DNA of 63,731 nt, filler included, from Stramenopiles sp. TOSAG23-2 (lineage: Eukaryota): NCBI GenBank assembly GCA_900128395.1. It is 34 parts of 34 records of this genome, joined end to end, with 100 filler letters (N's around TTAATTAATTAA, not from the genome) between each part and the next. Parts side by side here need not be neighbours in the genome. Positions count along the whole stretch, not along the records: positions 50,774 to 52,540 come from LT652373.1; positions 52,641 to 54,407 come from LT652374.1; positions 54,508 to 56,272 come from LT652375.1; positions 56,373 to 58,137 come from LT652376.1; positions 58,238 to 60,002 come from LT652377.1; positions 60,103 to 61,867 come from LT652378.1; positions 61,968 to 63,731 come from LT652379.1; 27 more parts are not named here. One strand, 5' to 3'. The notes under the pieces were generated by a model. That model worked only from the letters and a program-made list of their open reading frames with translations, was not told where the DNA came from and did not search any database. A program made the position numbers and the translations under genes. This document shows positions 50,674 to 62,613 of the stretch, one piece after another. Positions within the stretch are counted from its first letter, which is position 1. Every line of letters starts with the position of its first letter.

Positions 50674-51652
50674 NNNNNNNNNNNNNNNNNNNNNNNNNNN
50701 NNNNNNNNNNNNNNNNNTTAATTAATTAANNNNNNNNNNNNNNNNNNNNNNNNNNNNNNNNNNNNNNNNNNNNTTATAATAAAAAAAGGAAAAAAGATAA
50801 AAAAAATTAATATACCATATACATATATATGTATGTATGTATGCAATGCAATTAGTAATATAAATGTATTGTAATTGTAATATAAATGTATTGTAATTAT
50901 AAATAGTATGTACCTATCTATTTTAATCTTATATGTTTATTTCGAATTTCCCCCGCCCAAGTTTGCAATGTATAATCGTCTATTATGTGGTGTGTCCAAA
51001 TTCAATTATTATTTATTTATTAAAATGATGGATGCAATTCAAAAAGTGGCTGCGGCCTATTAGTATACATTTTTTATTATAGTATGGACATAGCATTGTG
51101 GGGAGTCCATACTCCATACTGTATATTTGTGGCTTGCCGGGCTTGCACGCTTGCTGGGCTTGCCCTGGGCTTGCCCTAAGGCTTGGCTTATAGTTTGAAT
51201 GCTGGATTGCGGATTGCCCACCTTCCAATCACACCTGTTTGATAGGCAACACTACTAGATCTGTGTACTCTGGGTACTGTATACCTGTCATATATATTTT
51301 GAGACAAATCTAACAAAAGAAGCGCTGCTGCAAAAATATAAAAAAAGTATGAAAATATTGAGATCTTGAGATCCCAGGGATGTGATTTGCCCGGAGATGA
51401 TGATACCAGGTATGATGATTGCTGGATTGCACGATTATTGCACGATTATTGATGCACACATGCACACATCTCTAATAATTTCAATAATACCCGTTTATAA
51501 AAAAGATGTATATATCCTACGCCATACTACTTTCGAATATGTGTTACATGGATATATATATACACATTATATAGATATATGATTAGTGATAATAGCTAAT
51601 TACAAATAATAATTTTATATATATTTATAATATATATAGATATATAGATATA

Positions 51653-52540
51653 ATGGAGTCTGGAAAATCAAAAGAAAGAAAACAAGCCATGTCTCGTGGT
51701 ATTAAAAAATCGTTAAATGAAAAAGTTAAAAATAAAAAAAAAAGGACCTATGGGATATGGAGAAATGGAAGCATTGGTTTTAATGTTACGCGATTCAAAT
51801 GTAGCTATGAAAGCACAAGTGAAAGAAAACAGTGATAAAGTGAAGAAACAAGAGAAAGTTATACAGACACAAAAAAAACAAATTATAGAATTAAGAGCTT
51901 CATTAGCTAATGTCATGTTACGTACTATTCATAATCCGATCTATAATGTTAGCGAGTTTAGCGGTCATAAACAAGGAATCACATGGTAAAGTAAAATTCT
52001 ATTCAACTAAACATAAAAAGAATATCCTTTCTAACAAATCACTCATAATTAGTATGTGTTTATGGTCCTCGGTAATTTTTACTGGTTCAACTGATCGTAC
52101 GCTAAAAGCATGGGGCATGAAAACGTATGGTGAATGGACTTGTCTTGGGACCATGCGTGGACATGAAGGTGGTATTTCTGACGTGTGCTCAATGGGGATC
52201 TATGTAGCATCTGTAGCTTCGGATGGAAGAATGAAAGTATGGGATCCGAAAAGTAAAGATTTTGATTGCGTTGCAACAATGGAAAAACATGTTGGTTCTG
52301 CTAATGTTGTTATGTACCATCCGAAACAAAAACATTTAGCAAGTGGTGGTAGCGATGGTCACATTTATGTATTTAATCCGCAAAATGCATTTGATCTTGA
52401 ACATAAAATTAAAACTGATTATGGTGGAATCTTCTCTTCATGTTTATTTGGAATGAATTATGCTTGCACTGGACATAAATGTGGCACGGTTAATATATGG
52501 GACGTAACTAGTGGGCAAGTAATAAATTCTCTTCTCCAAG
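51653..52540 (+). CDS. Coiled-coil + WD40 repeat protein, intron 51986-52052, A-run frameshift near 51740, 3'-partial
   Basis: Splicing GTAAAG...CTAAC...TTAG restores GHKQGITCMCLW...TGSTDRTLKAW; further GH...WD repeats. Confidence 0.9.
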
Positions 52541-53305
52541 NNNNNNNNNNNNNNNNNNNNNNNNNNNNNNNNNNNNNNNNNNNNTTAATTAATTAANNNN
52601 NNNNNNNNNNNNNNNNNNNNNNNNNNNNNNNNNNNNNNNNTTTCGTAGTTTCTTATAAATTTCTTGTGGTTGCATTTGTCGAACTAATAACACTTACATA
52701 TACGTAAATATATATATATATGTAGTTATTATGTGTATAATAATAATTATAATAAACTTTTAGACGACTTGTATAATAGTTGCGATAACGATTTTGAGTA
52801 TGAGAAAGCGAATACTGGAATAGTGAAAGACATCTCCAAAATAGCATTGGTTTAGCATTGTAAAAAAAAAAATGAAAATTGCCTCTACTTGAGTTATCTA
52901 TAGCCCAGAACAATAGCATTATTGTGTCAAAGTCTACTATTAGCTTTATACTTAATATTGCATACAAATACCTATCAGATTCCTTTTGAGAGCATTTTTT
53001 TGTGAGGTGTTATAGGAGCGAAAAAACAAAATTCCGTTGAGAAAAAAGAGAAGCCCTCACACATATATAAAAACGCGTGATAAAGGTGGTTACACGGGGC
53101 AGGATGATGATCTTGTACACAGAATATTATACAACATATGAACACTCTTAGTCATCTCATTAGCAATCTTACAAGACCGTTCGTGTAATAAAAGGTAAAA
53201 GGTGTTCATAGTTGTATACCTGTGCGGTGTATGTTTTTTTCGATTTCTATATAACTTGGTAAATAATAAGACGTATATTAATATCAAATTTAAATCCATC
53301 TTAAA

Positions 53306-54407
53306 ATGTCAAATAATAATATAACTGCTGCACCATCACCATCATCCACATTATTATGTTTGTATTCTACGAAAGAAGAAATAGAAGATAATATTGAATA
53401 TTCAGAACGTATAAGTGAAGTTTTACCAGTTAACTACGCTATATGGAAACTTGGATTTTTATTATTGTTTCTATTATTAACATTACAGGCATGTAAAGAA
53501 TTATTTCGACATTTTAAAAAAAATAAATCGATGGAAAATTTCAACTGGAAGGAATTTTTATACAAACCAAAACATATGACATTAATTGGTATAGCCATTG
53601 CATGTTTCATACGTTTCTTATGGTTTCTTGATCCACACGAAAGATCGAAAGCATTTTGGGGACATTTATATGGCAATCGACGTAAAGATAGAATGCCAGT
53701 TGAATTTCTATTAAAAGTTCCACAAGTATTATTGATGACTATTGTTTTATTTCAAATAAAAATATGGCGACAAACTGTTAATAATGTGAAATATATGTCA
53801 ACAAAACGAAGAACTAAATCTGCTGCTGGTAAAGATCTACAACGAACAAGTTTAGAAAATAAAATTATTACAGGCTTTGCATTGTTTTTATTAATTGTTG
53901 GTATTAGTTCAGCATTATTATTTGCATTTAATATTGTAGATGTTACTACTCCAGCAAATTTCGTATTTGGTTTATATTCATTGGCCTTATGTGTTGGTGG
54001 AACATATTATGCAGTTCAATTATCTAAAATCATAGCACAAATGTTAGAAAGTGACCATAAAAATGCGGCATTGAAAAGTATTCAACGTATACAACGTGCA
54101 GTTCTTTCCATGTTAGTAGGAATTGTATTTTTATTAAGTGCAATTGTATGGAGAGTGTTTATTAATACATGTAAGAAAGAAAATCAAATCGATCAAAATA
54201 CACAATATTTATGGTTTGCTACGTTTGTACATGGATGTGAAGGTTCAGTTGGAATTGCTTTATTATATACATTAAGCGGCACAAAGAAAAGCAATGATGG
54301 TAATAATACAGGAAGTCATGCAGTTGCAACATCAACGGCAACACCAGATATATCAACAAATAAATATGTTACATCCAATAATACTAATAGTAACACAGAC
54401 GAAGGTG
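53306..54407 (+). CDS. About seven-TM protein (THH1/TOM1-like or GPCR-like), 3'-partial
   Basis: Seven hydrophobic segments, IACFIRFLWFLDP; family assignment tentative. Confidence 0.7.
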
Positions 54408-54507
54408 NNNNNNNNNNNNNNNNNNNNNNNNNNNNNNNNNNNNNNNNNNNNTTAATTAATTAANNNNNNNNNNNNNNNNNNNNNNNNNNNNNNNNNNNNN
54501 NNNNNNN

Positions 54508-54788
54508 CTTATAATAATATTACTGATGTACAAAGTATTGGTGAAGGATTAAAAACAAACAATACATTATGGTACTTGTCCCTAGAGAATAATAATATTA
54601 CTGATGATGGTGGAATACAAAGTATTATTGATGTATTAAAAACAAACAATACATTAATGCACTTGAACCTATATGGTAATCAACTTAGTGATAATATGAT
54701 ATCACAATTAAATGCTATAAGTCAATATAAAAGAGATGGATCAAACGGGTATCAACAAGTGGAACAGATGAGGATATGGACAGAATGA
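54508..54788 (+). CDS. C-terminus of an RNI-type LRR protein
   Basis: LKTNNTLxxLxLxxNxI repeats. Confidence 0.85.
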
Positions 54789-55107
54789 GAGGAGGATGAT
54801 AATGGACTAGAGAGGATCTCTCTATAATGGACAGAATAATTAATATATATGTAATTTATATACTACCAACTACAATATACCTATATAAGATAATAATAGT
54901 ACATATGTCTATATCCTACTCTATTCGCTATAATGCACGTCTGCAAACTAATACTCCACAAGCACGAGTAGGTTTCTATCCTTCCGTGCACACTCGTTGA
55001 ACGCGCTGGACATATACGAAGTCGTACACTATTTTATGTGTCAATAATAAAATATAAAAGTATACACACATGATATTGCGTATGATACAACGTTTATTTA
55101 ATATTTT

Positions 55108-55677
55108 TTACATTTTTATATTTTGCAATGCTTTTTTGTATTCATTTGATCCAGCACCATATTTTTGTCGAATTTCTACCAAGTTTCCGTGTACTATTTC
55201 TGCTTCATTCTCATCATCCTTTACACCGGTAATATTCTCAACTGGGACAATTTGAGTGACATTTTCAACTTTTTTGCTTTTCTGCTTCTTCTTTATTAGC
55301 TTATCAAAACATTTTTTTCCAGAAGCAGTCGAAATATAAATTGAAAATACCATAGAAAGAAAAATACTTGTATTAAGGGCAACCAGTAATGAACCGAAAT
55401 TACTTGTGGCTCCTATGGCGGTACTAAACGTCCCACTAGGACAGGAAATACAAGTAGATTCACTCGTTGCACCACTGGTTGTGCTAAATTTTCCCGTTGA
55501 ACATGACTCACAACCAGATGAGACTTTATACAAGCCACCAGTTGGATGTTCTAAATCTTGCTTTGTCCACCGCCCTGGCTGACAATATATACAATTGGCT
55601 GACCCGGCTTGTGAATACATCCCTTCATCACATGGCATACAAGTTGCAGGCGAAACATTGTTTATTATTTTCGTCAT
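55108..55677 (-). CDS. Cys-repeat (CxxCxxGxF/Y) membrane protein, possibly an internally deleted copy
   Basis: CMPCDEGMYS, CESCSTGKFS, CISCPSGTFS, then abrupt TM and tail; no signal peptide. Confidence 0.65.
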   Translation of the reverse strand: MTKIINNVSPATCMPCDEGMYSQAGSANCIYCQPGRWTKQDLEHPTGGLYKVSSGCESCSTGKFSTTSGATSESTCISCPSGTFSTAIGATSNFGSLLVALNTSIFLSMVFSIYISTASGKKCFDKLIKKKQKSKKVENVTQIVPVENITGVKDDENEAEIVHGNLVEIRQKYGAGSNEYKKALQNIKM

Positions 55678-56232
55678 GTATATAAATCTATATCTCTGGG
55701 ATCTCTTTATTCATATTTATATATATATATGTGTCTAACGCTATTTATGTGTACCGGTTTACGGAACGCACGAACATATTAATATTAAAAAGCCCGTTCA
55801 TATTAATATAGCCATAGTCCTGTGTGTTAAATTTAGTGCATCCTACGCAAAACTTGGGCTTAATTTTAAAATATCTATAAATATAAATATAGCCCAAAAG
55901 TTACAAAATTAGCATGTATAGTTATACCAGTTTTAGTACGATAAAATTATATAACACTAAAAATACCCTATCAAAAGTAAAAATGTTGTGGAATGTAAAA
56001 ATCATCATCTGAAAAAAAGCCATAATATCCTCCGTCCGACCAAAAAGACCGACACCACTGTTACTGTTTATGTTGTTATTAGTAGTATTATTATAGATAT
56101 ATTTATATAACTACAAGTAATATATATATATAAATAAATGAAAACATAAATCAAACGCGTATAAAATAATATACACCATACACACAAAATCATAACAAAA
56201 CACTATACATATTCAAATAATAATAATAACCC

Positions 56233-56272
56233 ATGCCATCATCCATCAAAGCAGTAATATTTGATCTTGGTG
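56233..56272 (+). CDS. Start of a probable HAD-family hydrolase
   Basis: MPSSIKAVIFDLG at contig end matches HAD motif I context; only 13 codons visible. Confidence 0.6.
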
Positions 56273-56727
56273 NNNNNNNNNNNNNNNNNNNNNNNNNNNN
56301 NNNNNNNNNNNNNNNNTTAATTAATTAANNNNNNNNNNNNNNNNNNNNNNNNNNNNNNNNNNNNNNNNNNNNTTCAATTATTGTATTCTTTTGAAGAGTA
56401 GGAATTATTATGAGTAAATTAAAAAATAAATCATGTGTGTATACTTAATCAATTAAAAAAACTAAGGACTATTGGTTATCTTTATTAGTACATGATTGTA
56501 CATGATTGGCCTTAGACTATGAAAATTATATAAGTGGAAATATCAGTATGAACACATCAGCACTAATCAAAAATTTTAATTTTTTTTCAACATACATTTT
56601 TATCCTATCAAAAGTATATAAAATAGTACGTGTACAAAAAATGTAAACGTTTTGCGCAAACGAAATTTTAATTTGCAACCAGATACCTTAGATTTTAACC
56701 ATCATATATATATGTCATCATAGCCCG

Positions 56728-57339
56728 CTAAATTTTAGAAGCAGTTCCAGACAATTTACCCCACTTTTCATCAAACTTTCGAATACATGTGGCAATGTAG
56801 ATACGATCTTCAACCGAGAGCCACCAGCCCACAGGAATACATACTAGTTCAGACTCTAATTTATCAAGCAAAGGTAGTGGTATCTTGAACATATTCACGC
56901 AACTATGATCATCGTTTCGTTTATGCACTTGGCTTACCACTATACTGCAGCGAGTCATATATTTCATAAACGCTGGTTTCATTCCATGTAATAACCTTAA
57001 GGAAAATAACCAATATGAAGATGCTGCGTCATCAGCCCCAGGGACAATTTCCACTGTTTCCAAATTTTTCAATGACTTGCAAAAAAATGCTGCGTTGCTC
57101 CTACATTTGAATATTAAATCATCTACAAAAGGCAAATTTGCAAGCCCGATAGATGCATTAATATCGTTCATATGAAACTTAAAACCCCATTCAGGTATAT
57201 CCGCTTCCAAACGAAAATCCGATCCAGGGTTGCTTCTCCGTTCTCGATCTATGCCAAACCAACGTAGAAGCTTCCCGCGTCGGTAAAGCTCGATGTTCGG
57301 TAATACCAGTAAACCACCGTCCCCAGTAGTTAAATGTTT
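56728..57339 (-). CDS. DegT/DnrJ/EryC1/StrS PLP-dependent sugar aminotransferase, C-terminal half
   Basis: KHLTTGDGG (PLP lysine), LRWFGIDR, WGFKFHMNDINASIG, SSYWLF, CIPVGWW; similarity stops just upstream of the lysine. Confidence 0.9.
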   Translation of the reverse strand, partial: KHLTTGDGGLLVLPNIELYRRGKLLRWFGIDRERRSNPGSDFRLEADIPEWGFKFHMNDINASIGLANLPFVDDLIFKCRSNAAFFCKSLKNLETVEIVPGADDAASSYWLFSLRLLHGMKPAFMKYMTRCSIVVSQVHKRNDDHSCVNMFKIPLPLLDKLESELVCIPVGWWLSVEDRIYIATCIRKFDEKWGKLSGTASKI

Positions 57340-57716
57340 GGGGATATATTCTAATATGCAAATTTTGGTAAAATTAATAATTTCAAAAACGTTTAATGTG
57401 ATACAAAAATTTTCAACGCCGCTGAAGTAAAATTCATCGAATAAATGAATTTTGATACCTTGCAGTTTTTCGTCGGCGATGAATTCGGCGGCGGTGAAAA
57501 TTGTTCAAATGTCCAGTAGTCATCTCTGCACCTCTCTGCATTTTGAAGGTCGCCTAACATTTATCGTTGGTCCAAAAACTAATCACCTTTTCATGGCTTT
57601 TACTACACTTTTCTATCACGATCTTTTGATAGAGAGAAAAAAGCTTCTTGAATTACAAGAGAAAAAAACAAGGAAATCATTTTACACAGAAAATAAGTCA
57701 CGTATACATTATTGCC

Positions 57717-58137
57717 ATGGGTCGAAAGATTTGTTTGTTAACTGGAGGGTGTGGTTTCATTGGCCATCATGTCGTAGAACATTTACTGCAAGAGACAGAA
57801 TATGAAATCGTTATTATTGACAGGGTAAGATTGTTCTAGCCGCACCTTATTTATCCAACATATTACTAACATTTCCCCTATTCCCTCTACCGCTCATTTT
57901 TTCCAGTTGTTTCCATGGGTTTTAACAGGCTAAGGGATATTGGTGTTGTGGATGCTGCCAATACTGATATTCAAGATCGCTGTAGGGTGTTTCCTTATGA
58001 CTTGACGAATCCATTTGGGGAGGGTATGGTATATGAGGTAAGTAAAATGTAAGATATGTAAACCCCAAATACAAACTAACTTGAAACCAGTTATCTCCAA
58101 ATGATGTTGAAATGATCATACCTATGGCCGCAGAGAC
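57717..58137 (+). CDS. NDP-glucose 4,6-dehydratase (RmlB-like), 5' part; introns 57825-57906 and 58038-58090; frame defect after intron 1
   Basis: LLTGGCGFIGHHVVEHLL...IVIIDR, SMGFNRLRDIG, MIIPMAAET (cf. H-x-AAE-S/T-HVD); GTAAGA/TACTAAC/CCAG and GTAAGT/AACTAAC/CCAG. Confidence 0.85.
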
Positions 58138-58237
58138 NNNNNNNNNNNNNNNNNNNNNNNNNNNNNNNNNNNNNNNNNNNNTTAATTAATTAANNNNNNN
58201 NNNNNNNNNNNNNNNNNNNNNNNNNNNNNNNNNNNNN

Positions 58238-60002
58238 ATGCCAAGCGCCAAATCCACCAACAAAGGATCAGAGTGGATTGCGTTGTGCATCTACTGCATC
58301 CAATGATTTAGCATCAAAATTAAAAACTTTGAATCAACCTCAATGCACAATGCCTAGATTACTTTCATTGGCAGTTGGATCCACAGATGTTGCAGAAAAT
58401 GGTGGAATGCAAATGTGGCCTAAATTTAAAGCTGGAAACAAAGGCCCGTACTACGTTTCGACTGGTGCGGAGGATGGTTTTACCATTTATGCCCGCGCTA
58501 ATTTCTTAGCTGTAAACGTGACATGTCAAACGGGTGGTGGGCAAACATATATTATTCCCATGGGAAATAGATCGAAAGGAATTTATTTCTCAAACGGCGA
58601 AAATACGAAAACAATTAATGTTTCTGCTGTTGCAATGGGATGGAGTGCTGGTGTAAGAGTGCAAAAAGCTGTTTTTGTGTATGAAATTATTGTTTCACGG
58701 TTTGACACTTTATCTTCATCACAATTTGGTCTCGAGTTCAAAAATAATGGAAACTCCATGTCAACAAGTAATTCACCGACGTCTTACAACGTTGCAAAAA
58801 CAGTTGGAAGTCCAAGTTTACCTATGGATTTAACGGTTCATAGAAAAGGTTCATCGGTTACGAAGTTTTTCCAAACAACACGCACGGCATTGGATAACGG
58901 CGAAAATGTACCGCCGTTAAATAGTAAATATTGGAAATTCGCGGCTGGAGGCAGTGTCAGGCTAAGGTCGTGTGAAGACAGTGTCTTCCTTGTTCAGGTT
59001 GAAAATCGCGTACTTTTGTCTTACCAAGTTAATGCAACCTCAGGCGGTGACATAATGCGTGATGTACAAAAGTTAACGAAAACTTCAGCGTCTTCGACAT
59101 CGGAAATAAACGTTGCAAGTATAGACTTGAGTAAAGATGTGGTGAAAAAATATTGCAGTCCCGGCGATGCTTTGCAGCGTGCCTTTGCCATCGCAAAGGG
59201 CAACGATGCAGAGCTTGAGATTAAGCTACACGCCGATGTCGGGCCGTACTTCTTAAAGGGAACGTTAGAGGTGATTAGCCGTTCCCCCGTTCTTCAACAC
59301 ATTCAAAATGTTCAAGTTAGTTCTGGGGAAGTTACATTAACCTTCCCTGGTCCACATCGTCAAAGTTCGGGGACTATGGTTACCCTGTCTAAAATTCCTG
59401 GCCTTGGCGAGGTAGCTAATTATGAAAAACCTGTAACCATACTTTCTGCTTCCCAATTAAAAATAAAATTTACTGAAGTAAGTCTCTCAGATGCTTTCGC
59501 ATTTGCACCAGCGAAGAAAGTCATGTGCTATAATGCCGTTAGACTTATTCCAGATTTGCAAAATCCAGATGCTGCAAACTTGGGTCCCGCTTTAACCGAT
59601 TTTCAAATTTCACCAACTATGGTACATGATCTCGAGCAACAGGACACGACAGGCGGAACTGATACGTCTCAGGACACGACAGGCGGAACTGCTACGTCTG
59701 TTAGAGGAAAGGTAACTGGTGGAACTACTCCTGGTTCAAACTGTATTCAAATTGTATCTCAAACGAAAGGATCTACTTACGAAAATTCAAATGTCAGGGT
59801 TGAAGAAGTTGAATGCCCGATTCCAACAGGGTGTACTTTCATATGCCATAATGGCGTAGAAGATTTAAACGCGATCAAATTGGATTATACCAAATTTTCA
59901 ACGCATACTGTTACTACTGCATCGTACGGAGTAAGCTTTCCAACAAGCTCCTCTGTGTCGTTTTCAGGTTCAGAACTGACTGCCAATATGCCAACCCACA
60001 GC
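58238..60002 (+). CDS. Large Ser/Thr-rich beta-strand-type extracellular protein, internal fragment
   Basis: Open frame across the contig; duplicated QDTTGGT. Confidence 0.8.
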
Positions 60003-60420
60003 NNNNNNNNNNNNNNNNNNNNNNNNNNNNNNNNNNNNNNNNNNNNTTAATTAATTAANNNNNNNNNNNNNNNNNNNNNNNNNNNNNNNNNNNNNNNNNN
60101 NNTGTAGTATAATATTGTAATATACTTAAACAATATAATACCTATGAATAACACAAATAAATCCATTGTTTATATTGTCCTTATGTAAAAGTTTTGGAGT
60201 TATTTTCTGTATTTGCTAGGTAATATAGTGATTACATATACTAATATTTATACCATAAAAACTGGTCAAATTGCTGTACATGTAAAAATGATATGAGGAT
60301 AATATGAATGGTAACAAATGGTACACATGTGTATATATATATATATATATATACATGTAGAGATGAATCAATGACAGAGTGCGATATATATATATCATAC
60401 CAGTTGGATATATAACCAAT

Positions 60421-60790
60421 CAACGTTTTATTTTGATTATTTCGAATTATTGTAAGAGAAAGGAATATTGACAGCACAGACGACAAGTATATATATCTAT
60501 TCTACCTACATTAGATACAGATTCATTGGACGTTTTATTTTAATATTGACAGCACAGACGACAATATATATCTATAATATATAGATCCATTGGACGTTTT
60601 ATTTTGATCATTTGAAATTACTGTAAGAGAAGTGAATATTGACAGCACAGACGACAGTATATATCTATAATATATAGATTCATTGAACGTTTTATTTTAA
60701 TATTGACAGCACAGACGACAGTATATATATCTATAATATATAGATTCATTGAACGTTTTATTTTGATCATTTGGAATTATTGTAAAGAGA
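60421..60790. repeat. Tandem repeat with alternating long and short units
   Basis: AATATTGACAGCACAGACGACA at 60464, 60542, 60635, 60699. Confidence 0.9.
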
Positions 60791-61023
60791 AGCGAACTGT
60801 CTTTCTCTCTCTCTCAGCGTGTGTGCCATTTATCATTGTTTACAATTGATTTTTTTGACTTTTGTTGTGATTTATTACAAATTGATATATATATATATAT
60901 AAACAAATTATTCAAATAAAATACACGGGAAAAAAAAAAAAGAGAAACGATATCTTCGTCATCATCATAATATAATATATCTTAAAAACCAACGAAAACA
61001 TTACCTAAAAAAATACATATATA

Positions 61024-61618
61024 ATGTCATTCATGCAAACTGGTACAACGCGTTATGGGCCAAAAAATGAATGGTTACATCGTTATGATAATAATGGATA
61101 TAATGATAATAATATACAAACATTGCATCCAAGAGAATNNNNNNNNNNNNNNNNNNNNNNNNNNNNNNNNNNNNNNNNNNNNNNNNNNNNNNNNNNNNNN
61201 NNNNNNNNATATACAAACATTGCATAAAGAATACATGCCAAGTCAATTTAATGCAACGAATTATACATCACAAATACCACAACAACCAACATCACCATTA
61301 AATAAACGACAATTGGAACGTTCCACGGTTATTCAAGGTTCTACAAATGGTATATATAATGAATATAAACGTGATCGTGATTATCCATCACGTATTTCAT
61401 CATCACATCTTGGTTCAAGAGATGGACATACAAAATTACATAAAGGTAAAAAAAAAGTACGTTTTGATGTACCAGGTGAAATGCCATATGAACGTATGCC
61501 ACAACGAACACCTGGTAGAGGAAATCAAATGTCATATGAATTTACAAAAAAAACAGCTGGATGGTACGTACAAAGACAAAACTCACTCTATCATATATAT
61601 ATATATAGAAAACATTAA
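61024..61618 (+). CDS. Low-complexity protein N-terminus spanning an internal scaffold gap (61139-61208)
   Basis: IQTLH occurs on both sides of the gap; possible donor GTACGT at 61564. Confidence 0.5.
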
Positions 61619-62613
61619 CAATCAACAAACTAACTAAAACAAAAAAAAAAATAAAATCCATAATATATAATTCTTATACATGTAAGTATTTCAAATATAT
61701 ATATATACCTCGTAATCTTGTATATAGTATTTTTCCGTCTCTAACAAAGTATATACATACATATATATATATATATATTCATACAGATGCAACGACATTT
61801 TTTGTTTTGGGTAATATATTATCTGCTGTATTAATTGGTAATATAAGTGTTGTCTTAGCAAATCGTANNNNNNNNNNNNNNNNNNNNNNNNNNNNNNNNN
61901 NNNNNNNNNNNTTAATTAATTAANNNNNNNNNNNNNNNNNNNNNNNNNNNNNNNNNNNNNNNNNNNNATCTTTCTATTGATAGCATGCAACAGCACTACA
62001 AATGATTAACTGAAATCAGACATGGATCTTCACAAATTCCAAATACCAAATATATCAATTAATACCATGTATATATTATAAATTACCGATTTTATTGCAA
62101 TATTATTACCCCCAATATCGTAATCATTTACTATGATAATACATGATATAAGTGCGTTTATCTATAAATGATCCCATCTATATTTTTTATTACTATATTT
62201 CCATTTAGTTATACTAATAATTATTCCTCATGGTATCCAGGTGCTAATTGCTAATACGGTGGGGGAAATTATAACCCTATTCCTAACTACACAAACACAT
62301 GATTTCCCAATGGTATCCGAGTGCTAATTGTCTTTACGATGGAGTGTCTCCTCGTCTCTAATTCCTAATCCTGTTATTATATGTTATATGTTTAATTTGG
62401 ATCAAAATTTTTTTCGTATATATTAATACACACATCATATAATTCATGTGTGATGGTTAAAATCTAAGTTATAAAATAATTTTTAAACGTACTTCGTACG
62501 ACGTTCGTATCATACTTCCCATTTGGTAAAAAAACTTATTACTGCTCCAATAGGCCTATCTCATGGGGAATAATATTCTTTAAAATCACACTTTTCATCA
62601 ACACATGTTCTCT

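Noticed and set aside
51131-51189. GGCTTGC short repeats as telomere or regulatory array
   Set aside because: Short, irregular and internal; nothing else supports a function
60421-60790. CRISPR array (also 37122-37314)
   Set aside because: Intervening sequences are themselves repeats, there are no cas genes, and the context is eukaryotic
61788-61867. Exon resembling an ion-channel S6 helix (FFVLGNILSAVLIGNISVVLAN)
   Set aside because: Only ~26 codons and cannot be spliced convincingly to the upstream ORF
1792-61967. Regularly spaced TTAATTAATTAA as a biological repeat, and any gene cluster spanning spacers
   Set aside because: Always embedded in N44 pads between length-sorted contigs; it is an artificial linker, and ORF tails ending LIN come from it
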